From: Balamuthia mandrillaris | Taxonomy: Eukaryota | Length of the DNA stretch: 64,000 nucleotides | NCBI GenBank assembly: GCA_031835245.2 | Contig: JAVKOQ020000024.1 | Location: forward strand, 186,001 to 250,000 | Reading direction: 5' to 3' | Shown here: positions 38,801 through 50,857 of the stretch, piece by piece | Layout: every line of letters starts with the position of its first letter | Numbering within the stretch: position 1 is the stretch's first letter | The notes under the pieces: generated by a model | What the model saw: only the letters and a program-made list of their open reading frames with translations | Told to the model about the DNA's origin: nothing | Databases searched by the model: none | Program-made: the position numbers and the translations under genes

Positions 38801-40458
38801 TCTTCACTTCTGTTTGTTCTTCATCTCCTGTATTATACGTCTTGCATTGACAGACATATCATTATACATGTAGATTTATCGCAATTGTTGGAAACCATTT
38901 CCACCAGATGAAAAACGACCTGTATTAAACTATAACTTTGCCGCCATCACGTCAACTTCTTCCATGTCGCTAGAGACTGAAGAAAAAGACTTGACATCTG
39001 CAAAAGCACAAATTGATAGGTTGCAAAGCTTTCTTCATGATGTTCTCTCACGAATAGAAGAAGGCAAACGAAAAGGGCTTCACAGAGAAGACTCTTTGTC
39101 TCTTACGCTACTACCTTCTTCATCGGAGCAAAACAGCAACGAAGTACAAAGATCAACTCAGAGCAACCAAACCGAAGAAGATATGGAAGAAGAACAAGAA
39201 GAATTGGGAGCGGAAGGACTAGAGATGGGAGAACAAGAGAAACTCAATACCACGCTATCGACTAGTCCTGAACAGCAGAAAAACGAACGTTTGGCCTTTG
39301 TAGAGTTGCGTATCTCCCTCCCATCCCACTCTCTCCCTCTCCCTTCCTTCCTTCCTCTCCCTCTCTTGTAAGAAAAACCTTAGCGTTTACCTTTCATTTC
39401 ATCAGTCTTTGTAGGACGTTGGCCGATTGGATGAGTTATAGTCTACGTAATGGATTCGATGGGGGTGTGCTTCCTTTTATACACCGTTTACTTCCAGCGT
39501 TGTTTGATATGTACAAAGATAGTGACATGGTAAGCCATTTCTTTTTCTACTCGCTTCTTATTTTTGTTAACCAAACTATTTAATAGGAGCTATCCAATTC
39601 AGCACGGATTGGTCTTGGCTTCATTGCCAATACTGTATTTCCACCACAGTACTTAACTGACGGTATGATTATTTATGCCAGCTAACACGTGTAATAAGAA
39701 ACACTCACTTCTTTCTCTCTCTCACTCCCTGTTGTCATAGTGGTGCAAGTATTGGAAACTATTCTCACACAAAGTGAGATGTGGCGCATTAGGGCGCTTT
39801 GTCTTCCTATTCTACAGTACGTCCTCTTTTTCCCATGTTTCCTCCTTCTTCTCGTTCCTCTCCCTTCCGTCTCCTTCATGCTTCTTCCTGTTCCCTTCTT
39901 CCTGCTTTCTTCTTATTTAAGCTCATAATAACACAAAAAAAAAAAGGGTTGTTGTCTTTCATCACATATTTATTTTGTCAGAAGAAACGTTGCAACGAAT
40001 CATGGACACAACGATCCGCCTTCTCAGTGACTCTCAGCTGGAGGTCAGAGAGTTGGCAAGCACTACGCTAACTGGCATCCTCAAGTTTATCTCCAAAGAT
40101 CACATGCTCTCTCTCAAAGAAACATTCGAAGAGCTCTCCACAACCAATCCATGGTGCAGCAACGCTTCTCAGCTGCTAAGGAGCAGAGCGGCAAGAGGAC
40201 GAGGGGAGGGACAAAAGAGTAGACGACCTCGCACTGTCTCTGGAATGAGCAACGAGAACACCCGCAAATTTTTACAGCGCCATGGAGGAGTGCTTGGTTC
40301 GTTCCCTCTCCTTTTTTTTGGTTGTTAGGAAGCAGCTGATGGTTGTAATGATGTAGGTATGGCGGCTATTGTGAGCGCCTATCCGTACACCATCCCTTCC
40401 TGGATGCCAGAGCTTCTCGTTACCCTTGCCAAAGTACGTATGATAAAGAGAAGAGAAC

Positions 40459-40497
<39 letters not shown>

Positions 40498-40690
40498 TTG
40501 GCTAACGCTAGTTATGTGGACAAAACAGCACGTGGACGATCCGTTGCCGATATCAGCATCCGTGAAGAAGACGTTCCTCAACTTTTGGCGAACGCACCAG
40601 GACGCCTTTCATCTTTTCAAACCGTTGTTCAGCGAAGACCAGCTCTTCACGCTCACTGAGCTGTTGGTTGCTCCAACCTATTTTGCATAA
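31355..40690 (+). CDS. PSME4: Proteasome activator PA200/Blm10, many exons
   Basis: Motifs PWRPFYE, YYHPSNDGPW, TLPGIDANDPHKT, LHWKY, EIVAGLIRGSKHW, DRDPRR, LLSDSQLEVRELASTTL, RHGGVLG, SAYPYTIPSWMP and SVKKTFLNFWRTHQD. C-terminus LLVAPTYFA*. Confidence 0.95.
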
Positions 40691-40857
40691 ACTAGGTTGC
40701 ATGAACCCATATGAGCAAGAAAAACAAAGATTGCTGCAATGGGGTCGCGCCCGTGGGACTCCTTTTTTCATAGTAATTCGCATTAATAAATGTTTCTTTT
40801 CGATCCTTATCCTCTTTTTTTTTTTGCAAACAGAGAGAGAGAACACAAGATAAGAAC

Positions 40858-41821
40858 ATGGAGAAAGACACCCGTGATGCTGGCAGCAAGTCAGCTTCAC
40901 AACTGGACGAGGCGTCTCTGTTTGGGGACGTCGACAGGCATTATACCGAACTCAAAGACTCCATCACAATAGCAATGCAGAAGCTGCAAGAGGAGCGCCA
41001 AAGGCTGCAACAAGAGAGAAGGTCCTTCGAGAAGCTCACAGGGAAGCTCGAGAAGGTGCAGCTCTCTTCGCCCGTGAGACTCAACGTGGGAGGAAAATAC
41101 TTCATGACCAGCCTTGAGACCTTGCAGAAAGACTCCACTTCTTTCTTTGGTGCCATGTTCTCTGGGTCTTGGAAAGCAGAGCTCGGCGAGGACGGTGCTT
41201 ACTTCATCTACAGAGACCCTAAGCACTTTCGAGTCATCCTCAACTATCTCCGTTATGGAGAACTGGTGCCCCCAGCGAAGGAACCTGCTTTGACGGAGCT
41301 CAAGAAGGAAGTGGAGTTCTATCAGCTTTCTGGCTTGCTGGGACAACTGGACAAACGAGCATTTGAGCAGTGCACCTTGGCAAACGAGCATCAGCAACAA
41401 ATGTTGGTGGAATGGGCCAACAGATCAGTTCCACAGCAAGTGCGACAATATAGGGGAAACCATCACCCTCCTCCGCTCCACCCAAGGTTTTGTTTTTGGT
41501 GGCTATGCTGCTGCGTCCTGGCACTCCAATGGTTGGAGACGAGACCCTAAGGCCTGCATCTTCACGCTCAGCAACCCCTACAAGCTCCAACCCACTATGT
41601 TTCGCAATACAGATGCCAACAATATCTATGGAAATAGAAGCTATGGGCCAACTTTCGGAAGAGGGCCTGACATGTCTGTTAGGTCCCAAACCTGCACGTT
41701 CGTTTTTCCTGTCAGTTTTGCAGATCATACAGGCAATGGCGGGGCTGTTTTCGCTGGCTCTTCAACATGCATGCTTGATGAGATAGAAGTGTTTGCTGTG
41801 GATGAAAATGCGGAACAGTAA
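40858..41821 (+). pseudogene. KCTD-type BTB/POZ + TLDc domain gene, intronless, with frameshift/deletion near 41415-41425
   Basis: The BTB domain (VRLNVGGKYFMTSLETL...YFIYRDPKHFRVILNYLR) is in one frame and the TLDc domain (FHSKCD..GETITL...GFVFGGY...YGPTFG...EIEVF) is in another. The usual WxLLYRxSxDG start of TLDc is missing. Confidence 0.65.
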
Positions 41822-42016
41822 ACTGCTTGCGTTATGGTCAAATTCTTCTCTTCGTCCTCCGAGTCCTTTCTTCTGCTTGTCTCTGCAGCTCGCAACCCGA
41901 GAGAGGTGATGAGGGAAGTGAAAAGGAAGAGAGAGAGAGAGAACGGAGTTAAAACCTGTAGTTACTTTCATGTTTGCTTCAAAAAAAAATTAAAAAAACA
42001 ATAGAAAAAGTTGTTG

Positions 42017-42969
42017 TTAATTTGCAGAAGGGCTGGAAGAAGCAGCAGAAGATAGCTTGGCTTGGAGTCTTGTGAGCGCAGCACAAAGAATCCTTTTCTC
42101 ACCTATCCGTACAAGAAGAGCCGCTCTCTTATGAACCACTCTTCCACCGCTTCCTCCTCTTCGTTTGCTTTCTGAAGTGGTGTTGTTGTTAGCGACGTTG
42201 GAAGATAACGCAGCGAATGCTTGCTCATCTTCAGCGAGCGAAGTGCGATAAGGCAATAAGCGATTCTCCAATATCTGAGCGGCCGCTTTGTAGACTTCTT
42301 CCCCGAATACTTGTTCTTCTTCTTCCTCCTCCTCTTCTTGTTCTTCGTCATCACTTTCATCGTCGTCATCTTCTCCGTCATCTTCTTCTTTATCACCATT
42401 TTCTTGTTTTTCTTGTTTTTCCTCACCGTGTTCTTTAACTTCTTCCATCTGTTGAACTTCGGAGGATTGTTGTGGTTGTTGCTGCACTTCTTCTTCGTCA
42501 ATAGCGTCTATTACTTCGCTTTCGAACTCCTTTTTGAGACGTTTCTTGTAGCGTTTCCACTCTTTTTTGTCCATTAGCAGGATGTGAATGACCTGCAAAA
42601 GATGCTGCGGCAGGTAGGGCTTTGTTAATTCATAACCGCTGTTGTCGTGTGTTGTTTCGGTACCATTATAAGTATCAAAAGAAGCAAAGAACAAGAAGAA
42701 CACGAAGAAGAAAGACTGAAACCGCAAGAAAACGTACTCTTCCAACATGTTTTGCTCCTCTAAGAATTCTAGCTTCTTTTTTTGCAGCTTGTTGGCTTTG
42801 TAGCTATCACTCTCACGCAGTGTGGTTAACGTCTCCAACACTAATCTCATAGGAATGGTAACACTATCATAAGGATTGTGCTCCTCCGCGAATCCATACT
42901 TTCGCAGCAGCTCCCCGTTACCCAACGAGCCATAAGTGTTAAACTGTTGTGTTTTTCAAAAACGTAAAT

Positions 42970-43018
<49 letters not shown>

Positions 43019-43139
43019 AAGTACAATTTCAGCACGAGCGGGGACGTTCTTGATAGTTGTCATCGTAAGGGCCTTTTCTTCATGGTAAAGTCGTGCCTGT
43101 GGGTTTCTAAATGAGTACCAAATGAAATAGAAAGACGAT

Positions 43140-43183
<44 letters not shown>

Positions 43184-43753
43184 AAGCAGCAAACATTGTT
43201 GAAGCCTGTTTTGTGATTAAGCATGTCAGCCATTGGCACCATGAATATGTCTCCTTCATCGTTGTTGAAGCTATAAGCCATTACGATGGAACCCATTCGG
43301 AGATAGAGATCAAGAGTCAGCTTTGTCTCATCTAAACGATCGCTCTTCTGTAATTTTCTTATGTTAGCTCAATCGTAAAAGAAAAGCAAGAGAGAGAAAG
43401 AGAGAAACCTGGATAACAGGAAGTATAAAATTGTGATAATCAGCAATGATCTTTTCTTTGCCCAATTGCTCTATTTTCATGTAGGAGAGATAGAATGAGA
43501 GCAAGAGAGAGAGAAGTGAGAGAGAGAACGAGAGAACGAGAGAAGCAGGTAACAAGCGCAGAGCAGAGAGATGATGAAGAGATGAGATTGAAGAACAACT
43601 AAAGGCAAGAAAAACTAGAAAAAACAAACCAAGAGTTTCAGTGCCGATTAGCTCTGCCAAGTCTTCTTCACTCCAAAACAAAGGCGTGGTCAGTTCCTTT
43701 GGCAAAACCGCTGTTTGAGAAAAAATGTGTTATATTTTTTCAAAAGCGAGAGA

Positions 43754-43798
<45 letters not shown>

Positions 43799-44556
43799 CA
43801 AAATCGAACAACGCACTAAAGAAACGAGAAGGAAGAAGAAGAAGCAGCACAAGAAGAAGAACAAGAACAAGAATAAGAACAAGAACAAGAACAAGAACAA
43901 GAACAAGAACAAGAACAAGAACAAGAACAAGAACAAGAACAAGAACAAGAACAAGAACAAGAACAAGAGGAAGAAGAGCAAGAAGCAAGAAGCATGAAGA
44001 ACCAGAACCAGAACGAAAGAAACAAGAAAGAACCGACAAGACAAAGAGAAAAAAGGCAAAGAAAGAAATAACAACAAGCGAGGGCAAGGAAGCAAAAAAA
44101 AACAAATAAACAAACCAAAATAAGGAGCCCAACGGGAGTCCGGCTGCAGCGACTCGTACATCATCGCCAAAATGAGGGCCATCCAGCTGTTCTGCTCTGC
44201 GAGGTCCTTCAGCAGGTCGGCTATTTGGCACGTCTCTGGCGAGAGCAGCGCTTGCCTCGGCACGGAAAATAACACCGTTCCTTTCTATTTTTTTGTTTAA
44301 GAAAGATTTTTTTTCACATTAAAACAAGAAAGAAGAGAATAAAAGAAAAGAGAAAAAGAAAAAAGAAAAGAGATTTTTCGATTGGAAAATAGTTTTTAAC
44401 TGATAATTTTTCGGTGGTGATGACTCCTCTCCCGGTGTCAGCGAAGCGGTGGAAACGGATCTTGGGGTGAAGTCCAAACTGTTGCTCGCCCATCCACCGA
44501 AAGAAGGCCTCCTCTTGCGCCGACATACCGGCTTCCTCCTCTTTTCTCTTCTCCAT
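42017..44556 (-). CDS. SET-domain protein-lysine methyltransferase, SETD6/Rkm4 (Rubisco-LSMT) class
   Basis: Motifs GRGVI, VLFSVPR, SRWAPYF..LP, PLFWSEEDLAELIGT, MAYSF, MVPMADMLNHKTGFNNARL and FNTYGSLGNGELLRKYGF, then a C-terminal LSMT-type substrate-binding region (RIGEKRIL). Confidence 0.85.
43857..43968. repeat. (AAGAAC)n intronic microsatellite
   Basis: Hexamer array in an intron of the SET gene. Confidence 0.95.
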
Positions 44557-44881
44557 CGTTTGTTGTTGTCTTCTTCGCTTTCTTCTACTTTCTTCTTCGA
44601 AATAAATAAAAAAAAAGGTGCGAGAGCCCTGTGTCGACATGATATGGGTTTTCTACCCAATAAAAATTCAAAAAATTCCTATGCTCAAATTTGGTCATCT
44701 GAGATTGTTTTACTGATTGTTTATTGGATACCGCTTTTTTGATTTTAGATTGGATGGCGTGAGTTGCAGCTGCACAGAATTTGCTCATTAGTTGACCATT
44801 TTCTGCTCAATATTAAACTTGCTCATAGGTAAAATACACAACCTATTAGAAAAAGCTAGTGGAGAAGACAAAAAAAAAACG

Positions 44882-45265
44882 ATGTTCAGAGGAAGAAAGA
44901 GCTTGATCGCCCTTCCTCCCCTCTGCCGTTGCCCGCGGCTGGCGACGACGCAGCCCGCAACACCCGCACCTCTTCCCCTTCTTCCTCTTCCTTCGCTGCG
45001 ACGCCGTTACACTGCGGTAGGAAGCGCGGCCTCGAGGGGGGCTTCCGCGGAAGGCACCAAAGCCTACTTTGCCCGTCAGCGGGAGAGGGACGCGCAAAGG
45101 AAAGCAGGGGCGAGCGTGGTGGCCCCCGCCGCTGCTGGCGGATGGACCATCAGCCGTGTGGGCTTTGGGGGCAGTCGTGCGGCGAGTCATAAACAACGGA
45201 GCCATGTTGCATTGTAAACATCTGTTTTTGTTTTGTTGCTCTCTCTCTCTCTCTCTCTCTGTTGC

Positions 45266-45301
<36 letters not shown>

Positions 45302-47171
45302 GCTCTCGCTCTGCTCACTCGCTCTCTGTTTAAAAAAAAAAACAAAGAAAAAAGGCATTGCGATTGGGTTGCAACGTGGTGGAAACGGGTGCGGTGTACG
45401 GAGACGGCGAGTCAGAGCTTCTATTTGGGCAAGTGCTGAGCGAAGCTTTCGAGCAGCAGGAGTTGTCGCGTGACGTTCGTTTCTTTGCTTTCGCCTCTTT
45501 GTTGTTTTCAATTTCTTGTTCTTGTTCTTCTTCTTCTTCTTCTTCCTTCTCTGTCTTTAGTCTTCTTTCTTCATTGTTCTTGTTCTTCTTCTTGTTCTTC
45601 TCCTTCTCTTCTTCTTCTTCTTCTTCTTCTTCTTCTTCTTCTTCTTCTTCTTCTTCTTCTTCTTCTTCTCCTTCTTCGTCTTCTTCGTCTTCTGCTTTCT
45701 TTGTATTACTTCTTGTGTTCTTCTCTGTTTTTACATGTAAACTAAAATGCGCGCTCACATAGCAAGTGGTAGTATTAGGCAAAGCCGGTTTACTCACCAA
45801 ACAAACTTTGGCCCGAATGAAAAAACAAGCTTCAGAGGTATTCCTCTATTTGCTCTTTTCTCTCCTTTTTGTTTTTTCCATTATCATGATTGCTGATGTG
45901 AAAACGGTTAACAGAATGAAACGAGATACAGAGGATTGACAGAAGTATCACCCAACTATGGATTTTGCATGGATCCAATCTTTCTGGAGGAACAACTGAC
46001 AGGATCGTTGCAGCGGCTAGGTTTGGACGCCATAGACGTTTTCTTTCTTCACAACCCAGAGATGTTCCTGGAACGACATCCTGTACGTTTGCTTTTCTTC
46101 TCTATTCACGTTCTCTTTTCTGACGCAAACCGAAGGACCGAGCAGAAGAGTTTTACGGAGAACTATCACATGCGTTTCGTCAATTGGAAAAAGAAGCTAG
46201 CAGAGGTTCGTCTACCCGTCTTCTTTATTCGCCCTCTTCTTCTTTCGCAAGAACTAGTACGAGCTTCCAAACATTAACACCAATACCATTATAGGAAGGA
46301 TTCAATACTATGGCATATCTTCTTCTTCTGGTCTCACTCTCCCTTCAAACTCTCCACAACACATATCGTTGGAACGAGTGTTGGATGTTGCCCAAAGCGT
46401 TGCGTCCGGTCCTCGCCATCACTTTGCCGCTGTACAGTACCCCTTTAATCTTCGCGAGTCTGAAGCACTCTTTCTCAAAAACTGTTGCAACAACACTCTT
46501 TCTGTGGCCGAGTTTGCAAAAGTAAGACATTTTCCTTTACTCCTTCTTTTGTTTCTCTCTCTTTTATTTTGTTTATTACTTGTTAGGACGCCGTCTCACT
46601 CTTTTCCATTCTTTCTGAACAGCAAAAGGAGTTGGTGCGATTCTCACATCGTCCGCTAAACGCTTATGTAAATGGGCAAGTACTACGATTGGTCAGCTTT
46701 CCCACTCATGAAGGTTCCTTTCTTTCTTCCTCTCTTTCTGTGATACCTGTTCCCACACGTTGACTTAGTTGTGAACAAACAGAAAAAGACATGCTTCAAC
46801 TGTTGAAAGAAGCATTTGACTACACCATTCATTTGGAAAGAGAGTATCCTGGTAGTGATCCTGCTATGGACCCTGACAGGAAGCTACCTCCTCCAGAATC
46901 TGTCTTGTGGGGCCATGTATGCATTCTTGCTTCGTTCTTCTTCCTGCTTCCTTATTTCTTCTTTCTTCTTTCTTCTTTCTTCTTACCCATATGAGCAATA
47001 GATATTGGCATCAAACAGAGAGCAGCTCACCTCCATTCATGCGTGGACTGAACTGCTGGAGAACCAAATACTGCCAACCGCCATGCAAGCCTTTGATCAA
47101 ATTAGCAGTGAGCAAAAACATTTTTGGTGGATCTCCAAATACAAAATTGTGCGTTTTATGCTGCTGCTCCT

Positions 47172-47217
<46 letters not shown>

Positions 47218-47761
47218 TCTTCCTTATCTCTGTTATCTCTCTGTTCGCTCTTTCCTCTTTTTTACGAGAAGAACTGACAGTCCCAAATACGGTTGTGAAG
47301 GCCTTCAACCGTCTCATCGAACGATTCACATGGATGTTAGAGGCCAACGCCTCTGCTCGTTCTCTATCTGACACCCAGGTATTTATTTGCTTTCCTTTCC
47401 CTTCCCTTCCTATTCTTATCGCTTCTTCTTGTCTTTTCTTTTCTTTCCTCTTCGTTCTTCTCTTCTTTCTCCTCTTTTTTGTAGAACGTAACAAACCTAA
47501 CACAACAAACCTGTACAGTTGCTCGAAAGAGAATGCAAAGAGTTGTCTTCTCCGCTCTCGCTCCAACAAAAGGCGATGAGCGCGCTGCTCTCCACCGCCT
47601 CCCCGGTCACCCCCGCGGACTGCGTGCTGGTGGGCATGCGCAAGGACGAGTACGTGCGCGAGCTGTTGATGACGCTGCCCGCCACCGTGGAGCCGGTCCA
47701 GGACCAACAGTCCTTGCACCGCCTCTTTGAGGCGTTTAAGCCATCCTCCAAAACGACTTGA
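44882..47761 (+). CDS. Aldo-keto reductase family protein with probable mitochondrial presequence
   Basis: Motifs ISRVGFGG, ALRLGCNVVETGAVYGDGESE, GKAG, QLTGSLQRLGLDAIDVFFLHNPE, GRIQYYGIS, VQYPFNL, HRPL and CVLVGMRKDEYV. The N-terminus is Arg-rich and lacks acidic residues. Confidence 0.85.
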
Positions 47762-47835
47762 ACGAAAAAAAAAGTTCTATTGAAGAGTACAAAAAAAAAA
47801 AGATGATGACAAAGAATAACATGTTTCCTTGCTTT

Positions 47836-48066
47836 TTAGGGGAGATCGGCAAGGCTTCTCTTGGGGGTGGCGTTCTTGCCGGTGCCCAAGGCGCTGGCGC
47901 GCTGCTTGGCGTAGCCTTCGGAGGTGTGAGCGCCCACGCCGGTGCTGTCGTGCGTCGGGGTCCAGACCACTTCCTTCTTGTGCTTGGCGTTGGTCTGCGG
48001 TTGGGCGGCGTCCTGCATCTTCTTCTCGAAGAGGGCGGCCATCTTGCCTGCGCCTTGGTTTGCCAT
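47836..48066 (-). CDS. Small hypothetical protein, 76 aa, single exon
   Basis: ATG-to-TAA ORF MANQGAGKMAALFEKKMQ...KRSLADLP. It is GC-rich with a strong C/G third-position bias, has an A-rich leader and AT-rich flanks. Confidence 0.7.
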   Translation of the reverse strand: MANQGAGKMAALFEKKMQDAAQPQTNAKHKKEVVWTPTHDSTGVGAHTSEGYAKQRASALGTGKNATPKRSLADLP

Positions 48067-48416
48067 CTTTTCTTTTTTTTTTTTGTTTTTGCTTTTCTTC
48101 CTTCTTCTTGTTTTTTACTTTCTTCTTTTGCAATTATTGTTTGAAAAAGCACCAATGGAAAATCAAACAATGGATCATACGCCAATGAAAAATCGAAAAA
48201 GGATCGAAGTTAATTAATGATTGACCAATCGAAAATCAAAAGTAATATTAAATGTCGACTTGATTTTCTGCGAAGCTCTTTCTCTTCGATGAACGGGCGC
48301 GTATAACGAAGAGAGAGAGAGAGACAGAGCCAAACTAAAAAACCATTGTTTTGTCACAGCGCTCTCTCTTCCACGAACAAACCAACCACCACACTATCGA
48401 CCACAAAGAAAACACG

Positions 48417-50705
48417 ATGCAAGCACAAAAAATCATACGTTTGGTCGGGTCTCTCTCTCTCTCTCTCGCTCTTTGGTTACTGCTGACGCTTTTTATAAAC
48501 AGGAACAAGAGAACGGAGTGACGCGCCAAGTGGACGGCGCTTCCTCGCTCGTGTGTTTGGTCGGATGCAAGGACTGTAACTTTACACTTCAAGGCCGATC
48601 CATGAAACTGGTCATCGGTATTATTATCAGTCTCCTTTCTCCTTTGCTCCGGTCCCTCATTCTTCTTCTTCCTTCTTTTAGAGGGATGCGCAAACACAAC
48701 AGTGACCATCGATGGTCCGGTGTTGGTGGGCACCATGGAGGTGATCAACAGCCAAGGCGTCCATGTTCATCTCAACCGACAGGTCCCCACCATCCAGATA
48801 GACAACTGCTCCGAGTGCAGCCTTCACCTCCCTCAGCGAGACAACATTAGAAACGTCTTTGTCTCCAAAGTCACCAAGTTCAGCGTTGTGGAGGAGACTT
48901 CCTCTCGCGTCCATGAACCTCAGTTCACTGAGGGAGAGTACGTCATTTCCTTTTTCTTTGTTTCACTCTTCTTGTCGTTCGTCGTTGCCTCTGCTTCTCC
49001 TTCTTATTCTTGTCTTGCTTCTGCTTGTGCATTCTGACTCCTTTCTTCCCTCTCAGTTGGGAAACGGACCAATACGTCATACGTTTCGAAACAGAGGGCA
49101 GCCTCCTTCTCTGTGACAAGGTCATACGAGAGGGAGCTGGCTATCCCACCACCCAAGCCGAGCACGATCGCGCCGAGGCCAAAGCGGAGTTTCTCAAGTC
49201 TGCGCTTCACAAACTCGTAGACTCTCATTTAGCAGCACGCCCTCCTTCCTCTCCTTCATCGTCGTCTTCTTCTGCGCCTTCGAGACCGCAAGCAAGAAGG
49301 CCGGGACAGCTCATTAGCAATGGAGAAAGAAAGCCTGTGTTTCCTCTTCCTAAACCAAAACAAGTTGCTTCCGAAGAGCCCGAACAACAGAGAGAACAAG
49401 AGCAAGAAACGTTGCAAGCGTCAAACGTTGAACCAGTAGAAGAAGAAAAGCAGAAAGAAGAAGCTAATGGAGAGGGAAGCTCCTCTAGTTTGCTCAACCA
49501 AATCGCAAACTTTAGCATCAACAAGCTGAAACCCACCAAGACAACAGTTCGTCAACAAGTTGCCGTTCTTCCTGAAGAAGGCAACCGTGGTCATCCCAAC
49601 TACGGACACAGCAACAAGGAAGACATCACTGAGTTTTTAGATGACGAGGAAACACTGCAGCAAAAGGTCAAACTGTTAGCTCAGATCTTCAAAAGAAGCA
49701 AATGGCCGGTCATTTATACTGGTGCTGGTGTTTCTACCAGCGCGAAGATTCCTGACTATCGCGGTCCTCAAGGAGCTTGGTTTGTTTCTTCTTCGCCATC
49801 ATCTCTTCCTCTCTATGTCCTTCTCGTTCACTGTACTTACTGTGTAATGGTACCACTGTAGGACACGTTTGGCAGAAGGAAAGGCACCTATAAAAGGAGT
49901 AGAGTTAGAAGCGGCCCAACCAACCCTCTGTCACAACGGTATCAAGAAGCTTGTTGATGACAAGCGTTGCAAGTTCGTGGTTTCCACCAACGTAGATGGC
50001 TTGCATCGCCGCAGCGGTCTAACCACAGAAAACGTACATATTTTCCATACAAGCTGATTGAGCTTCTCCCATTTCACGTGATGGACACAAACTAACCTCT
50101 GCTTCTTTGCACGGAACGAATGCAGTTGTCAGAGTTGCATGGTAATGCATATCTTGAACGATGTTCCAAATGCAAGCAGGAGTACATGAGACCTTTTGAT
50201 TGCACCAAGCAAGGCCAGAGGTTGAATCACATCACCGGTCGTCAGTGTGATGACTGCGGTGGTGACTTGGGTGCGTCTTGATTCTCTCTTTCTTTGAGGT
50301 GTTGCTTGACTAAGTTCTTATTCTTGTAACACTGCAAATAATAATAGTGGATTCCATTATCAACTTTGGAGAAGCGCTCCCTGACGAAGAGTTTGAGAAG
50401 GCACTGCACCACTCTGAAAAGGCGGACCTGACCATCGTGATGGGAAGCAGCATGCGAGTGGAACCAGCTTGCTCGCTCCCGACCAAAACGCTGGACATTG
50501 GCGGCAAATTGATCATTGTCAACCTTCAAAAAACTCCTTGTACGTTCCGCTCTCTCTCTCTCTCTTTCGCCTCTTTTTTCTTCCTCTTTCTCACGCCAAA
50601 AAAAAAACGGTACCTCTCCCAGATGATGACGAAGCCTGGTTGCACATCTATGCGGACTGCGACACGGTGATGCACCACCTGATGCGCCACCTCGGCTATG
50701 AATGA
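48417..50705 (+). CDS. Fusion protein: CAP-C/CARP beta-helix + WH2-like motif + class IV (SIRT6/7-like) sirtuin
   Basis: N-terminal beta-helix repeats (GCKDCNFTL, KLVIEGCANTTVTI, EVINSQGV, VPTIQIDNCSEC). WH2-like LLNQIANFSINKLKPTKT. Sirtuin motifs YTGAGVSTSAKIPDYRGPQG, STNVDGLHRRSG, ELHGN, CxxC...CxxC, IINFGE, GSSMRV and IVNLQKTP. Confidence 0.88.
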
Positions 50706-50857
50706 ATTGGCCAATCCCTTTATTTAATAAAATAAATGTATATAGCGGGTGTCGATCCGACGAATAGTTTTCAAGGAATTTTTCCTGGAAAACAACCTTT
50801 CATAATATTAGATGACCAAATTATTTTTTCCTGGAAAACATAAAAAGAGTAGAAAAA

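Noticed and set aside
42017..44556. SETD3 actin-histidine methyltransferase (would fit the actin theme)
   Set aside because: MAYSF and MVPMADMLNH with NARL fit SETD6/Rkm4 better, and I see no SETD3-specific features.
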